Shown: positions 37,001 to 46,174, counted from the first letter of the stretch. The stretch: 64,000 nt of DNA from Myxococcota bacterium (GCA_036337435.1 JAYZEG010000041.1:1-64000), one strand, 5' to 3'. Notes: generated by a model from the sequence alone, not told the origin. A program made the numbers and translations.

Positions 37001-37274
37001 TTCCCAGGACGCCGACTTCTATGCTGTCAGCGTGTGTCCCGAGGGAACGGTTCGAGCCCTCATCGATTTTAATGGACTCACCGGCGATCTCGAACTTGAA
37101 TTGCTCGGAGATAACGGTGCCAGTTTAGATATTTCAGAATCTATTGGGGACCAAGAGCAGGTTGAGTGGACCAATATCTCAGGTGCCAATGCGGTGAGTT
37201 ATATTCATGTCTATGGCTTTCAAAATGATGAAGCCAGCTACGGATTGAGGGTTGATGTACAAGGCTGCTTTTGA
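34014..37274 (+). CDS. Cys-rich lipoprotein: nine DUF4215-type repeats, four 10-Cys modules, PPC-SRCR-PPC C-terminus
   Basis: Lipobox LSAGC; Gly-rich linker; nine CG(D/N)G....E.CDDG...DGCS..C units; SRCR signature at 36585-36878; two C.DD.FE.ND PPC-like domains. Confidence 0.88.
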   Translation: MTYATTRYASLALLFFLSAGCGDDKAAPVRIHDGGTSRDLALGSGGFGGMATQPMTDLGLINPSDAGPVIDRGGTGGAAGAGGAGGTGGAGGTAGTSIIDGGPSGPQCGDGRVDIGEDCDDGNVLDGDGCSSICQREPACGDGVVDLGEACDDGNVIDGDGCSANCALEPRCGDGVRTAGEQCDDGNNLDGDGCSSTCRDEPAPRCGNGIVEAGEACDDGNNLNQDGCSSNCQNEAPAVCGDGIQTNDEACDDGNNLNGDGCSAQCEIEAEEPRCGNGVQDPDEACDDGNNIDGDGCSANCAREGGQVILDDGQLGCVAISQCLVACPDGDQNCSNACIATGTLIGQIRFNELRQCIVENECVVGNEVDADCIEANCAQEEEACFGASVDPVGMASCTELIECVERCDGLNCIRQCIRTGSEMGYELAYALDECVFDINQCDSRQSDCALDNCGAELTACFGQAVCGNGRRELGEECDDGDRIDGNVCSNLCQVNPFCGDGNRDAQEGCDDGNRLDSDGCSSLCVVEPIVDLEQGQIDCRTLNTCLGNCDNGDDVCIDACVADASLLGATRFSALTDCVVQNQCNEAADIDDDCLNENCRDEYLACFGAQIYPRGQSTCEDLVACADRCADTNCVRRCIGNSTERAFEVAVALDECVFDENNCPNRVGDCAQANCAVERLACFGVEQPACGDGRVDAGEACDDGNRLAGDGCSPDCQIENQVCRDDLFEDNDRSAQAFPVAPAEYRGLQLCASDDDWYRMDVCAGGTLTVELSFIHRQGDLDLELFESDAGLNSLDSSSTLNDGEDVAWTNNSGDAVGIFIHVDGFLDAENTYDMTITVADCGGGGNGADNNAVNGDVRLADGANESTGRVEVFLDGEWGTVCDDSFDLVDARVVCRQLGYDDAGGVISNFGGGAGPIHLDDVSCVGNEQRLVDCRSLGVGVHNCGHFEDVGVECRDFGDNDVGNMDCRDDQFEENDALDAAFPIFAGAFDNLMLCSQDADFYAVSVCPEGTVRALIDFNGLTGDLELELLGDNGASLDISESIGDQEQVEWTNISGANAVSYIHVYGFQNDEASYGLRVDVQGCF

Positions 37275-37374
37275 CCGTTTGCGAGCATCAATTATCCATG
37301 GCTTAATCTCGGGCCTGGACGTTGACTATCGTGCCGAGTACACTCCATCTAATACTTGCATTGAGGATGTCTAG

Positions 37375-38136
37375 ATGACGCGCGGTCTCGTTTTTTTGAG
37401 TCTCTTACTATTCAGCCCAATTCTCATGGCCCAAGGGGGTTCAGCCCCAATCCTGGCCCCTGAGCCAAGCGTATTGCTCGCTCAAATCGACGACTCTGAT
37501 CTCAAGGATGAAGAAAGTCTAAAGCAGCTCATGCAAATCGAGTACAACAAGGACGCTATGTCCATGGGGGCTGCCGTCGGTTCAAGTTTCATACCCGGAG
37601 CGGGTTGGGGGCTGATCTACGCGAAAAAAGACCTACAGGCGTCCGTACCATTTGCCATTTCGATCATCGGGTATGGGCTTGGGATTGCTTATATGGCCGG
37701 TGCCTTTAACACATCATCGACGGCCATTTGTACCCACGAGCGAGATGGTCGGGTGAACGATGCTGAATGCACATATGCGGAGATTCCGCGCGATCCGAAT
37801 GCAGGAAACCGAACCGATAAGAATACACCCGATCCACGGTCTGAAGACGGCATGCAGCCTTATTTTCGAACAGCAGCCGACTATTCTACATCGGTGGTCG
37901 GTAAAGACTTTAATGGATTCGATACCGGCATCATCGTTTTGGTAAGCACCTATGTCCTGACCACCGCACTGGGGGCCGTGTGGGCCGGTTCGACTGTGTC
38001 TAAGCATAACGAGCAGTTGCGCAAAGACATCGAATCAACAGCTCAGCGCCGAACTCCAAGGTCCAATGTCAGTGCCAGGCCCATTGTTCAGGTCGACCAT
38101 CAGGGTGGTCTATTCGGCTTCAGTTTAAGCTTCTGA
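37375..38136 (+). CDS. Hypothetical envelope protein
   Basis: Signal peptide; Gly/Ala-rich hydrophobic segments (S.FIPGAGWGLIY); C-terminal alternating strand ending in Phe (GGLFGFSLSF); GAGGA RBS. Confidence 0.65.
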   Translation: MTRGLVFLSLLLFSPILMAQGGSAPILAPEPSVLLAQIDDSDLKDEESLKQLMQIEYNKDAMSMGAAVGSSFIPGAGWGLIYAKKDLQASVPFAISIIGYGLGIAYMAGAFNTSSTAICTHERDGRVNDAECTYAEIPRDPNAGNRTDKNTPDPRSEDGMQPYFRTAADYSTSVVGKDFNGFDTGIIVLVSTYVLTTALGAVWAGSTVSKHNEQLRKDIESTAQRRTPRSNVSARPIVQVDHQGGLFGFSLSF

Positions 38137-38256
38137 AAAACGACGTGCCACATGTATGTTTTCTTGCCCAAATACTCGGGCCGATGCGAAGCGGGATTGT
38201 GATCGTAACCCATTGCGGTTAGGTTGCGTCGTTCAGACTATTTGGAGAGAGGTCCT

Positions 38257-38811
38257 ATGCAGCGCTATCGGCTGTTGATTATTGGGTCAACGATCACGAT
38301 CATCCTCGATCAGATTACCAAGATTTGGGCCGTACGGGCGTTGTCGCGTTTAAACGGGACGTTGCCGGAGACAGCACGTGAAATTCGGACTCAGGTCTAT
38401 GTTGTTTTTGAATCCTGGTTCAATTTTCGTCTGACTGGAAACAAGGGCGCGGCATGGGGTATTTTTGGTGGTTTACCCGACGGTTGGAGGGTGCCGTTTT
38501 TCGTTGTCATCGGTGTCGTCGCGATCGCTGTCATAATTGGAATTTATCGGTCATCTGATGGCCAAAACCTGGTTCGCTGGGCGCTCACTTTAGTTTTGGG
38601 TGGTGCCATCGGCAATTTGATCGATCGCGTTCGCCTAGGCTATGTGATCGATTTCATCGATTGGCACTACAAGACACACCATTGGCCGACATTCAACATT
38701 GCTGATGTCGCCATATCGGTCGGTGTTGGACTCCTGATTCTTGATATGATCGTCAATCGCGATCGTGACGCTGAATCAGATTCAGTCGACGAATCAATCA
38801 AATCGATTTAG
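38257..38811 (+). CDS. lspA: Lipoprotein signal peptidase II
   Basis: LDQITK, NKGAAWG, GGAIGNLIDRV, VIDFI and WPTFNIAD catalytic motifs. Confidence 0.95.
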   Translation: MQRYRLLIIGSTITIILDQITKIWAVRALSRLNGTLPETAREIRTQVYVVFESWFNFRLTGNKGAAWGIFGGLPDGWRVPFFVVIGVVAIAVIIGIYRSSDGQNLVRWALTLVLGGAIGNLIDRVRLGYVIDFIDWHYKTHHWPTFNIADVAISVGVGLLILDMIVNRDRDAESDSVDESIKSI

Positions 38812-38839
38812 CTCACCGGGTGACTTAGAAAGCCTGCTC

Positions 38840-39802
38840 ATGCATCCAGTACTTTTCGAAATCTTTGGCGAGCCCGTGCATTTATATGCGGTCATGATCG
38901 CTGTTGGATTTGTCGTTGGGATTTGGCTTGCCGTTCGACACGGTGAACAGACCGGTTACGACAGAGATATGATTTTGGATTTATGCTGGTGGCTTCTCGT
39001 CAGCGGCTTGGTCGGGTCTCGAATCGTGTTCATGATGGTCAATTGGGAGCAGTACTACTATCCCTGTGTTGATTACGAACACTTCAATACCCTTTATCCG
39101 CAGTACGCAATCACCGAGCCAGACTGTACTCGTCTACTTAAATTCTGGAATGGTGGACTGGTTTTTTACGGCGGTGTCATCGGGGCCATGTTGACTATGG
39201 TTTGGTTTCTACGCCGAGAAGGACTCAAAATTTTACCCATCGCGGATGTTTTGATTCCCTCGCTCGCCATCGGACAATTTTTTGGCCGATTGGGCTGTCT
39301 CGCGGCGGGTTGCTGTTGGGGCAAATTGAGTGGTGGAGCCTGGACGCTGGAATATCCGGCCGGAACGATGGTGTATGCGCAGCATGGAAAAGCAGGCCTA
39401 CTGGAGTACGGTGCATCACATTCATTGCCTGTCCATCCGACCCAGCTCTACGACAGCTTGGCTGGTCTTCTGCTCTTTTGCATCCTCATCTACGTGCGTC
39501 ACAACAAACGCTTCCACGGACAGGTTTTCATTTGGTGGATGTTTGTCTACCCGCTCTTTCGCTCAACCGTCGAGATTTTTCGTGGCGATAACGTCGAGAG
39601 AGGTTTTCTCATTGACATCACCATTGAACCGCTGAACCGACTGCTTGGTTTCGAGCCTGGTTCCGTCACTTTTCTGTCCACCTCGCAATTCATTAGTTTA
39701 GGCATGATGACAACGGCAGCCATCATCCTATTTCGAAACCGTCGAAAGCCTGGAAGCGGCTTGCCGTCCGTTGACGACTTAAGGTCGACATCCAACTCAT
39801 GA
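38840..39802 (+). CDS. lgt: Prolipoprotein diacylglyceryl transferase
   Basis: MHPVLF, W.GGLVFYGG, GRLGCLAAGCCWG, HPTQLY, R.TVEIFRGD, STSQFIS. Confidence 0.95.
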   Translation: MHPVLFEIFGEPVHLYAVMIAVGFVVGIWLAVRHGEQTGYDRDMILDLCWWLLVSGLVGSRIVFMMVNWEQYYYPCVDYEHFNTLYPQYAITEPDCTRLLKFWNGGLVFYGGVIGAMLTMVWFLRREGLKILPIADVLIPSLAIGQFFGRLGCLAAGCCWGKLSGGAWTLEYPAGTMVYAQHGKAGLLEYGASHSLPVHPTQLYDSLAGLLLFCILIYVRHNKRFHGQVFIWWMFVYPLFRSTVEIFRGDNVERGFLIDITIEPLNRLLGFEPGSVTFLSTSQFISLGMMTTAAIILFRNRRKPGSGLPSVDDLRSTSNS

Positions 39803-40524
39803 GGCGTCTACCGCACTGTAGCCTGTGGATTGGGCTGCTCTGCTTCTTGCCGTTAAGCAGCGGTGACGTCTATGGGAAACCCCTTAAGTCTCCCCTGGAA
39901 TATATCGAGTTCTATACCGGGCCCAGCGACTCTGGTCGACGTGTCTCTGTGATTGCATTTCATGGGCTTGGCGATTCCCCAAGAAACTTTTCAATGGGTT
40001 TTCGGGCATCAAAGTTACCCGTCCACTGGATCATACCGAGGGCACCTCGAAGCTACGGTACTGGCTATAGCTGGTTTGACCTACCCCCTGATTTTCGTCG
40101 CCGGCGAGAAGCTATGGCACCCGGTTTAATGTCTGCGACACAGACCATCGAGCGGTTTATTGGTCATCTCAAGAAGAGTGGCAAAATCCGTGGCAAGCCC
40201 ATCATTATGGGTTTTTCCCAGGGCGGCATGCTCAGCTACACCCTTGCGTCAAAATACGAGCATTTGCTGAGGGGAGCCATTCCGATCGCCGGTTTCCTGC
40301 CATCAACTTTATTTCCTGATAAGCCGGTTAACATTCCAATTGTCGCGGTGCACGGAAAAGCGGACCGCGTGGTCCCCTATCATCTGGCGACAGCCACGGA
40401 ATCTGCTTTTTCAAAAACGGCGACCCGGTTTAAGCTTCATTCCTTTGAGGCGGTTGGACATCGGATTACAGTTGAAATGTGGCAGCTGATTGAAGAGAGC
40501 CTGTTGAGTATGTTGTCACCGTAG
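39799..40524 (+). CDS. Alpha/beta hydrolase (phospholipase/carboxylesterase family), secreted
   Basis: FHGLGD, PRAP, SWF, GFSQGG nucleophile elbow, HGKADRVVP, VGH.I; ATGA overlap with lgt. Confidence 0.9.
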   Translation: MRRLPHCSLWIGLLCFLPLSSGDVYGKPLKSPLEYIEFYTGPSDSGRRVSVIAFHGLGDSPRNFSMGFRASKLPVHWIIPRAPRSYGTGYSWFDLPPDFRRRREAMAPGLMSATQTIERFIGHLKKSGKIRGKPIIMGFSQGGMLSYTLASKYEHLLRGAIPIAGFLPSTLFPDKPVNIPIVAVHGKADRVVPYHLATATESAFSKTATRFKLHSFEAVGHRITVEMWQLIEESLLSMLSP

Positions 40525-40544
40525 ACGAGGCGGAGATAGGCTTT

Positions 40545-40745
40545 TTAGTGTTGCGGTATACATCGCCAAAGTCGGTTGCCGTCGTGCTCTTGTAAGCAGA
40601 CGCCCAAGGGGCCTTTCGGTGTTCTACACCGCTGACCATGCCGACTGCATTCAGCCTCGCCATCAGCGATGGGAATGGCTTGTTTAGGCGAACCAGGACA
40701 GCCGAGCTGAAGCACGACAACAGCGAGAACGAGTAGATGCCTCAT
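40545..40745 (-). CDS. Small Cys-containing lipoprotein (66 aa)
   Basis: Lipobox LQLGC; four further Cys (C...GQRC...GPLGVC....CIPQH); starts immediately after the SDR stop. Confidence 0.6.
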   Translation of the reverse strand: MRHLLVLAVVVLQLGCPGSPKQAIPIADGEAECSRHGQRCRTPKGPLGVCLQEHDGNRLWRCIPQH

Positions 40746-41567
40746 CTAGATGAAGAAATCGGGGGTCAGCGGTGTCCCAGGTACGACTGCATAGCTTTCA
40801 AAATCTGTGACACCGTGTTCCCTCAAAACGTCTTCGTCGATGAAATATTGGCCGGTCGCCTCGCTGGCATTTCGCGTGAGAATCGCGTGGGCCGCATCGG
40901 CCATAATCTCTGGTTTTCGACTCGACTTCATCATGTCGTCACCACCCAGTAGATTTTGAATCGCGGCTGTAGCGATGGTGGTTTTCGGCCACAGTGCGTT
41001 GACCCCGATGCCATCGCGTCGGAATTCTCCTGCCATGCCGAGAACACATAAACTCATGCCATACTTAGCCATGCTGTAGGCGAGATGGGGTGCAAACCAG
41101 CGCTCTTCAAAATTGAGCGGTGGGGATAGATTGAGGATATGCGGATTCTCTGCTTTCTTGAGATGAGGAATGCATGCACGAGACGTGAGATAGGTTCCAC
41201 GAACGTTGACTTGGTGCATAAGGTCAAACCGTTTCATGGGTGTTTGAGTCGTTCCGGCCAGGAAAATGGCACTGGCATTGTTAACGCAGATGTCGATTCC
41301 ACCAAAATGCGCAACAGCTTGGGCGACGGCAGCCTCCACATTGTCTTCGTGGCGCACATCCAAAACCAGCGGGAGGGCTTGGCCTCCAGCGGCTTCAATT
41401 TCTTCGGCAGCCGTGTAGATGGTTCCTGGTAGGCGAGGGTGAGGAGCCGCTGTTTTTGATGCCACGACAATGTTGGCGCCGTCCCGCGCCGCTCGGAGCG
41501 CGATGGCCTTGCCAATTCCACGACTCGCGCCAGTTACAAAGATGGTTTTTCCTGCAAGAGTTCCCAT
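40746..41567 (-). CDS. Short-chain dehydrogenase/reductase, HSDL2-like
   Basis: VTGASRGIG, HPRLPGTIYTAAEEI, VNNASAI, ILNLSPP, YSMAKYGMS, NALWP; AGGAGA RBS. Confidence 0.92.
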   Translation of the reverse strand: MGTLAGKTIFVTGASRGIGKAIALRAARDGANIVVASKTAAPHPRLPGTIYTAAEEIEAAGGQALPLVLDVRHEDNVEAAVAQAVAHFGGIDICVNNASAIFLAGTTQTPMKRFDLMHQVNVRGTYLTSRACIPHLKKAENPHILNLSPPLNFEERWFAPHLAYSMAKYGMSLCVLGMAGEFRRDGIGVNALWPKTTIATAAIQNLLGGDDMMKSSRKPEIMADAAHAILTRNASEATGQYFIDEDVLREHGVTDFESYAVVPGTPLTPDFFI

Positions 41568-41700
41568 GGTGCTTTCTCCTTAATCTGCTCATACAGCATC
41601 TCTGTACCAAGAAAAGCATGCAAGCGGATTCACCCATCGCGTCCATATCGAGCATCCGGTCGCCCTACTCGAGATAAGAAAAATAAAAAAAACACAAGAA

Positions 41701-41715
41701 TCATTCGACGAATGA
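41701..41715. promoter_or_regulatory. Perfect palindrome, candidate transcription-factor site
   Basis: TCATTCG-A-CGAATGA between the divergent SDR and rpmB genes; degenerate copy TCAGTCG-AT-CGAATGA at 41764-41779. Confidence 0.35.
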
Positions 41716-41827
41716 GTCTAAATCGTGTAGATAACCGCACTCTCTTCAATCGTCGTGTACTGTTCAGTCGATCGAATGAGAATTGTCTTTTTAGTCAAAT
41801 TTGTTGCTCGAAATGGAGGACCGACCT

Positions 41828-42106
41828 ATGTCCCGCCGATGTGAGCTTACGGGCAAAGGCCCGATAGTGAAAAACAAAGTGAGCCACTCCAACGTCAAAA
41901 CAAAGACGTGGATGACTCCAAACATTCAGAAACGTCGTCTTTTTAGCGATGCCTTGGATTCGTATGTGACCTTGCGCATTGCCGCACGGACAGTTCGATC
42001 GATCGAACACGTTGGTGGCTTTGACAAATTTATTCTGTCTCAGGACTCAAATACATTGTCGAAGCGCGCTCGCGCAGTACAGACTCGAATCCGAAAAACT
42101 CGCTAA
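41828..42106 (+). CDS. rpmB: 50S ribosomal protein L28
   Basis: MSRRCELTGKG...NKVSHSN.KTK...PNIQ..RLFS..L; GGAGGA RBS. Confidence 0.95.
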   Translation: MSRRCELTGKGPIVKNKVSHSNVKTKTWMTPNIQKRRLFSDALDSYVTLRIAARTVRSIEHVGGFDKFILSQDSNTLSKRARAVQTRIRKTR

Positions 42107-42222
42107 TCCCCAGCGTACTGAAGGTGGTTCGTCCACCTCACGTTTCGAACCCGCAAGACGCCAATATGACCGGTAAATAAGCCGGAGCGCTACTGGTCCA
42201 CCCCGAGCCTTTTACGGTTCAA

Positions 42223-42429
42223 CTAATCGTTTGTCTTCCGCCATTTATCCGACCGCAGCACCGCCTTGATCGCGGCCGCGAGATGGTCGACACCTCCGTT
42301 GTGTTCTTTCAACTCTATGAGGTCTTTGCAGGCCGCTTCTCGCCAACGATGATTGCCTTGTGCTTTTAGAGTCTTGACCAGGGCTTCACGCCGAAACGCA
42401 TTTTTTCGCGATGGTTTTTTCTTTGCCAT
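42223..42429 (-). CDS. Small basic hypothetical protein (68 aa)
   Basis: MAKKKPSRKN..; GAGG upstream of ATG 42429; fills the gap downstream of the 647-aa gene on the same strand. Confidence 0.5.
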   Translation of the reverse strand: MAKKKPSRKNAFRREALVKTLKAQGNHRWREAACKDLIELKEHNGGVDHLAAAIKAVLRSDKWRKTND

Positions 42430-42498
42430 GACAGCCTCAACGTTGAATGGCTCGGCTCGATCATAGCGAAAAATGTCTGTGAGTGCATGCACGACGAC

Positions 42499-44442
42499 TT
42501 ACTGAGGCACAATCCGAACGGTTGTAAAGCGCTCCCTTTCGGGGCCAAATCGAAGTTTACTGACGAGAACCATCGTGTCCGCCACGCTTGTTTCACCGGC
42601 AAGGCTCAGAACAGCCAAGCGGACCAACGGGGCTGCTCGACTCAGGCGATCGAGGCGCTTATCCAAGGCATCATAGTCGATTCGTCCATCTGCTAAGGGG
42701 GCAATCATCGCTAACTCACCACTTAGTTTTTCGTCATTTCGGCCCAAGATTTCTGCATAAACTCCCAGTTGACCAATGCGAACGGACAAATAGCCGATGG
42801 CGGGAATGTCTCCTTCGCCAGCCGTCAACGGAAATGCACCGAGACGGCCATCGTTCGAGCGCTCAACGACCAAGGAGAATTCAGCGTAGCCGGCAGCAAT
42901 GGCCGACTGACCGATCAGAGCGAGGTTTTTGACCACGTCCGTTGGTTTCAGCGCGACCAGTAAGGTGTCTTTCTCGCCAGGCATCTTGAGTCTGTCGTAG
43001 AGTGGCTTTGACACATATTGTCCGCCCGTCTTCTCGATTCGTTTGTTCAAAGCGAGCGTAGAGGTGAGACCTTTGATCGGTCCGAATGAGCTGTCCATAG
43101 CGCGCTTATTCATGGCGATAAATTGCTCATTTTGTATTGAATCCGCGCGGACCATAGGCAGCGGCCGAATGCCAAGTCGTACAATGGAGGCGTGCAGTTT
43201 CGATGTTTGTTGACGACCTTGCGTCTGCTCTGTAGGGACTTTTTCGCTGGTCAGAATTAACGCAATACCGGCGCCCATCGAGATGGCAAGAAAACCAAAG
43301 ATTGAATAATTAAAGATTAAATTCTTTCGTGGTTTTGCTGGTCGACTTGACTCATCGAGACCAGGACCTGGGCTCATTTTCTGTGCTGATTCAACAACAT
43401 CGGCGATCAGATCGTGACCCGATTGAACCTTGGCTTTGTCGAAAGGGTTATTCGTGATTTGTCCACGATGTCCTCCACTCACTTGTCCTTCGCGCTGGTC
43501 TCCGGTCGTTGAATGGGGGTGCTTTGCCACTGGTGTCGACGGGCGAGATTGACTGTTGCGTGCCTCTCTAGGCCGATTGATTGGTTTCGGTTTAGCTGCA
43601 TCTAAAGACCGTCGATGAGATGGAATTGACTGAGGCTTCGCTGTCTCTTTGGCCCGACGTTTAGGAGTTCGTTTTCTGGGTGTCGGATCTGGTCCACTGT
43701 CTCGGGTTTCGGATTTTTCCTTCCGATAGAGGTGATCGAATGGTGGAGGTGCTGCGAGCCGACCACCGGTCTTTGGTCTCGCACTCAATGCAACAGCCTT
43801 CGTTTTCATATCCGACATGTCATCGTCGTGTGAATGAAGGTCTCGGCCGGGCGAGGTTGAATGGAGAGGGTTTGTCGTTTCCGCCGTTGACCACACATCA
43901 TCGCTCTCATTGGACAGATGTGTCTCGAGCTGTTTGGGTTTTCTCTGCTCGTCGACCCATTCATCATGGGTCTGAACTCGGGTTGCATCGAGATCATCGA
44001 AGAGGTCACCATCATCACCTGGGGTAGAACCGCCACCAAGATTGAGGAGCTGAGTCATCTCCAGATGCTCTGGCCGTTGTACATCATTCGCTGTGCTTTC
44101 TCGCTCTGTAGCCGGGACCGATGAGTGGATGAACTCATCTTGGTCAGCCGCCGACCTATGCTGGCTTCTTCGTCTGGAGCCATGGGCACTCGATTTTGGA
44201 CGTTGACTGGGTACACGCCCTCTTGGTTCATCTAGGTCCGGCAGCGTTGAGATCAGTCGAGTGTGCCCGGAATTGGCCCCATTCGGCTCTGGTCGCGGTG
44301 GCATGGCAGCAGCGAATGTCCGTTTGGGTTTGTATAAAGAAAGTGGCGCATTACATTGAGGGCAAGGGACGAGGCTGTCGATGGCGACCTCAAAAATCAA
44401 TTTACACGTCTTGCATGCCTGGAGATTTTGGCTTTGTTGCAC
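42499..44442 (-). CDS. Bitopic membrane protein: Zn-ribbon, long disordered region, TM, tandem ExbD/TolR-like periplasmic domains
   Basis: CKTC..CPQC at the N-terminus; P/S/R/D-rich linker; TM IFGFLAISMGAGIALIL; two segments resembling ExbD C-domains. Confidence 0.6.
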   Translation of the reverse strand: MQQSQNLQACKTCKLIFEVAIDSLVPCPQCNAPLSLYKPKRTFAAAMPPRPEPNGANSGHTRLISTLPDLDEPRGRVPSQRPKSSAHGSRRRSQHRSAADQDEFIHSSVPATERESTANDVQRPEHLEMTQLLNLGGGSTPGDDGDLFDDLDATRVQTHDEWVDEQRKPKQLETHLSNESDDVWSTAETTNPLHSTSPGRDLHSHDDDMSDMKTKAVALSARPKTGGRLAAPPPFDHLYRKEKSETRDSGPDPTPRKRTPKRRAKETAKPQSIPSHRRSLDAAKPKPINRPREARNSQSRPSTPVAKHPHSTTGDQREGQVSGGHRGQITNNPFDKAKVQSGHDLIADVVESAQKMSPGPGLDESSRPAKPRKNLIFNYSIFGFLAISMGAGIALILTSEKVPTEQTQGRQQTSKLHASIVRLGIRPLPMVRADSIQNEQFIAMNKRAMDSSFGPIKGLTSTLALNKRIEKTGGQYVSKPLYDRLKMPGEKDTLLVALKPTDVVKNLALIGQSAIAAGYAEFSLVVERSNDGRLGAFPLTAGEGDIPAIGYLSVRIGQLGVYAEILGRNDEKLSGELAMIAPLADGRIDYDALDKRLDRLSRAAPLVRLAVLSLAGETSVADTMVLVSKLRFGPERERFTTVRIVPQ

Positions 44443-44733
44443 TGATTATCCCAGCTCGTTCGCGTCTATGCAGCCTTGGCACCGCCACTGAACAACATGC
44501 CCTTGGCGAAAAATTGAGTCTTTGTCTGACTCGAGTCTATCAGCGGCAGCAGTCGGCGGCCAATTTTGGCGGCCGGAGTAATGATGCCTTCGCTGTATGC
44601 GAGCGCAGTGAATGACCTGGGCTGTACACCGATTGTAATTAAGTCTCACTCGCGACCTAAGTCAATTCATGATAACCAAAAAAACAGCGTTTGTCGGATA
44701 CATTCGCTTTAATCGTGACTGGGAGGGACCAGG

Positions 44734-46056
44734 GTGTCAGACGTGGATCGCCATCACTACATAGGCCTGGTTTTGGGTGGGCAATATGAGGTCGTAAAAC
44801 CCATTGGAGCTGGTGGCATGGGTCAGGTCTATCAGGGACGTCAGCTGAGCACGGATGGTCGAGTGGCCATAAAGCTCATGTCGACCCAGGACCGAACGAA
44901 AAAAACCATTGAACGATTCAAATATGAGGCTGAAACTACGGCGCAATTGACTCATCCAAATACAGTGAGGATTCTTGATTTTGGCTCAGATAAAGATATT
45001 TTTTATCTTGTCATGGAGTACTTATCGGGGACTGATTTGACTCGCTTCCTGAGACCCGATGGCCAATCGGATGCATTTGTAAGTCACGTCCTATTTCAGG
45101 TTGTGTGCAGTTTATCCGAAGCCCATAGTCGGGGCGTTGTCCATCGCGATATCAAGCCCAATAACATTATGCTCCTTCATCACGTTGGCCATCCGTCTTT
45201 CGTCAAAGTGATTGATTTTGGAATCGCTCGTGCCATTGGTGGTCCCGGTCATGGGACGATGGGGATTCTGGGAACCATTGGCTATATCGCTCCGGAGCAA
45301 GTGGACGGGGAAGCCCAGCCGGATGCGAGAACGGACCTCTACGCTTTGGGATGTGTGGCTTACGAACTGCTCACAGGCCGGCTCCCTTTCGATGGGATTA
45401 CTCATAAAAGTGCGCCCATCGAGGTGCTCGAGGCTCATAAGACAGGTCAACCACGCCACGTGTTGCAAGTTCGTCCTGAGACGGATCCAGAGCTTGCGCC
45501 CTTGATTATGAGTCTACTCGCTCGCGACCCAGATGCGCGACCGCAATCAGTGGGGGAGCTTGTGGTTCCGCTTCACCGGATTCGTTCTCGTTGCTCGGCG
45601 GGCGTCGCCTATGCCATTGACGTTGATCAACCGATCTTTAATGAGCGGAGGGCATTTACCCATGAAGATGTTGTCTACGATGAACAGTTCAGCCAGTCCG
45701 TAGATGACCCGACGTTAGCCGATGGTTTAGGTCGTCTCGGTTTTGTTAGGACGGGGTCGATCGCTCACGACTCAGCCCCCCCTCAAGTCACTGTGACGTC
45801 GGCACCACCGGCCAGTGCGATTCCACCCCCGCCGGCGGCTTTTGACAGACAAGAAACAGGTCTCATCCCGGAGGGATCGATGCGGTCTCAGTCTGACGAC
45901 GATGAGTGGGCCTTGGGCGATGGTACGCCTCTTTTATCGGAGGTTGAAAAGGGGACATCAGACAGCCCACAGTCTAGTTCTAAAGCGGGTCTCGCCTTTC
46001 TGGCCGGCTGTGTCGTGACAGTTCTTGTTTGGCTCTTTCTCGGACGAGGCACGTAG
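44734..46056 (+). CDS. Hanks-type Ser/Thr protein kinase with C-terminal TM anchor
   Basis: IGAGGMGQVY, VAIK, HPNTV, HRDIKPNN, DFGIA, GTIGYIAPEQ, DLYALG; GGGAGG RBS before the GTG. Confidence 0.95.
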   Translation: MSDVDRHHYIGLVLGGQYEVVKPIGAGGMGQVYQGRQLSTDGRVAIKLMSTQDRTKKTIERFKYEAETTAQLTHPNTVRILDFGSDKDIFYLVMEYLSGTDLTRFLRPDGQSDAFVSHVLFQVVCSLSEAHSRGVVHRDIKPNNIMLLHHVGHPSFVKVIDFGIARAIGGPGHGTMGILGTIGYIAPEQVDGEAQPDARTDLYALGCVAYELLTGRLPFDGITHKSAPIEVLEAHKTGQPRHVLQVRPETDPELAPLIMSLLARDPDARPQSVGELVVPLHRIRSRCSAGVAYAIDVDQPIFNERRAFTHEDVVYDEQFSQSVDDPTLADGLGRLGFVRTGSIAHDSAPPQVTVTSAPPASAIPPPPAAFDRQETGLIPEGSMRSQSDDDEWALGDGTPLLSEVEKGTSDSPQSSSKAGLAFLAGCVVTVLVWLFLGRGT

Positions 46057-46174
46057 CTGATTTTTGTCTGTCAGCTTTTCGTAAGATTTTGTGGCGTTAT
46101 GACGTTTCGTGTACGATGATGCGCTCACATGGCAACTGGCTTAGGGCCACTGATGCAGATATGGAACTTACCGA

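Noticed and set aside
1873..38136. Selenoprotein (UGA read-through) near tRNA-Sec
   Set aside because: The plus-strand TGA-ending ORFs I checked (1873, 2569, 16467, 25301, 25882, 27117, 28077, 37274, 38136) hit another stop soon after or run into neighbouring genes, and the redoxin CxxC and GST CPW use Cys codons. The check was by eye and not exhaustive.
44446..44649. 67-aa ORF in frame with the 647-aa gene, separated by a TAA (possible nonsense mutation)
   Set aside because: The downstream gene begins cleanly with its Zn ribbon, the upstream peptide has no recognisable motif, and the stop is TAA rather than a recodable TGA.
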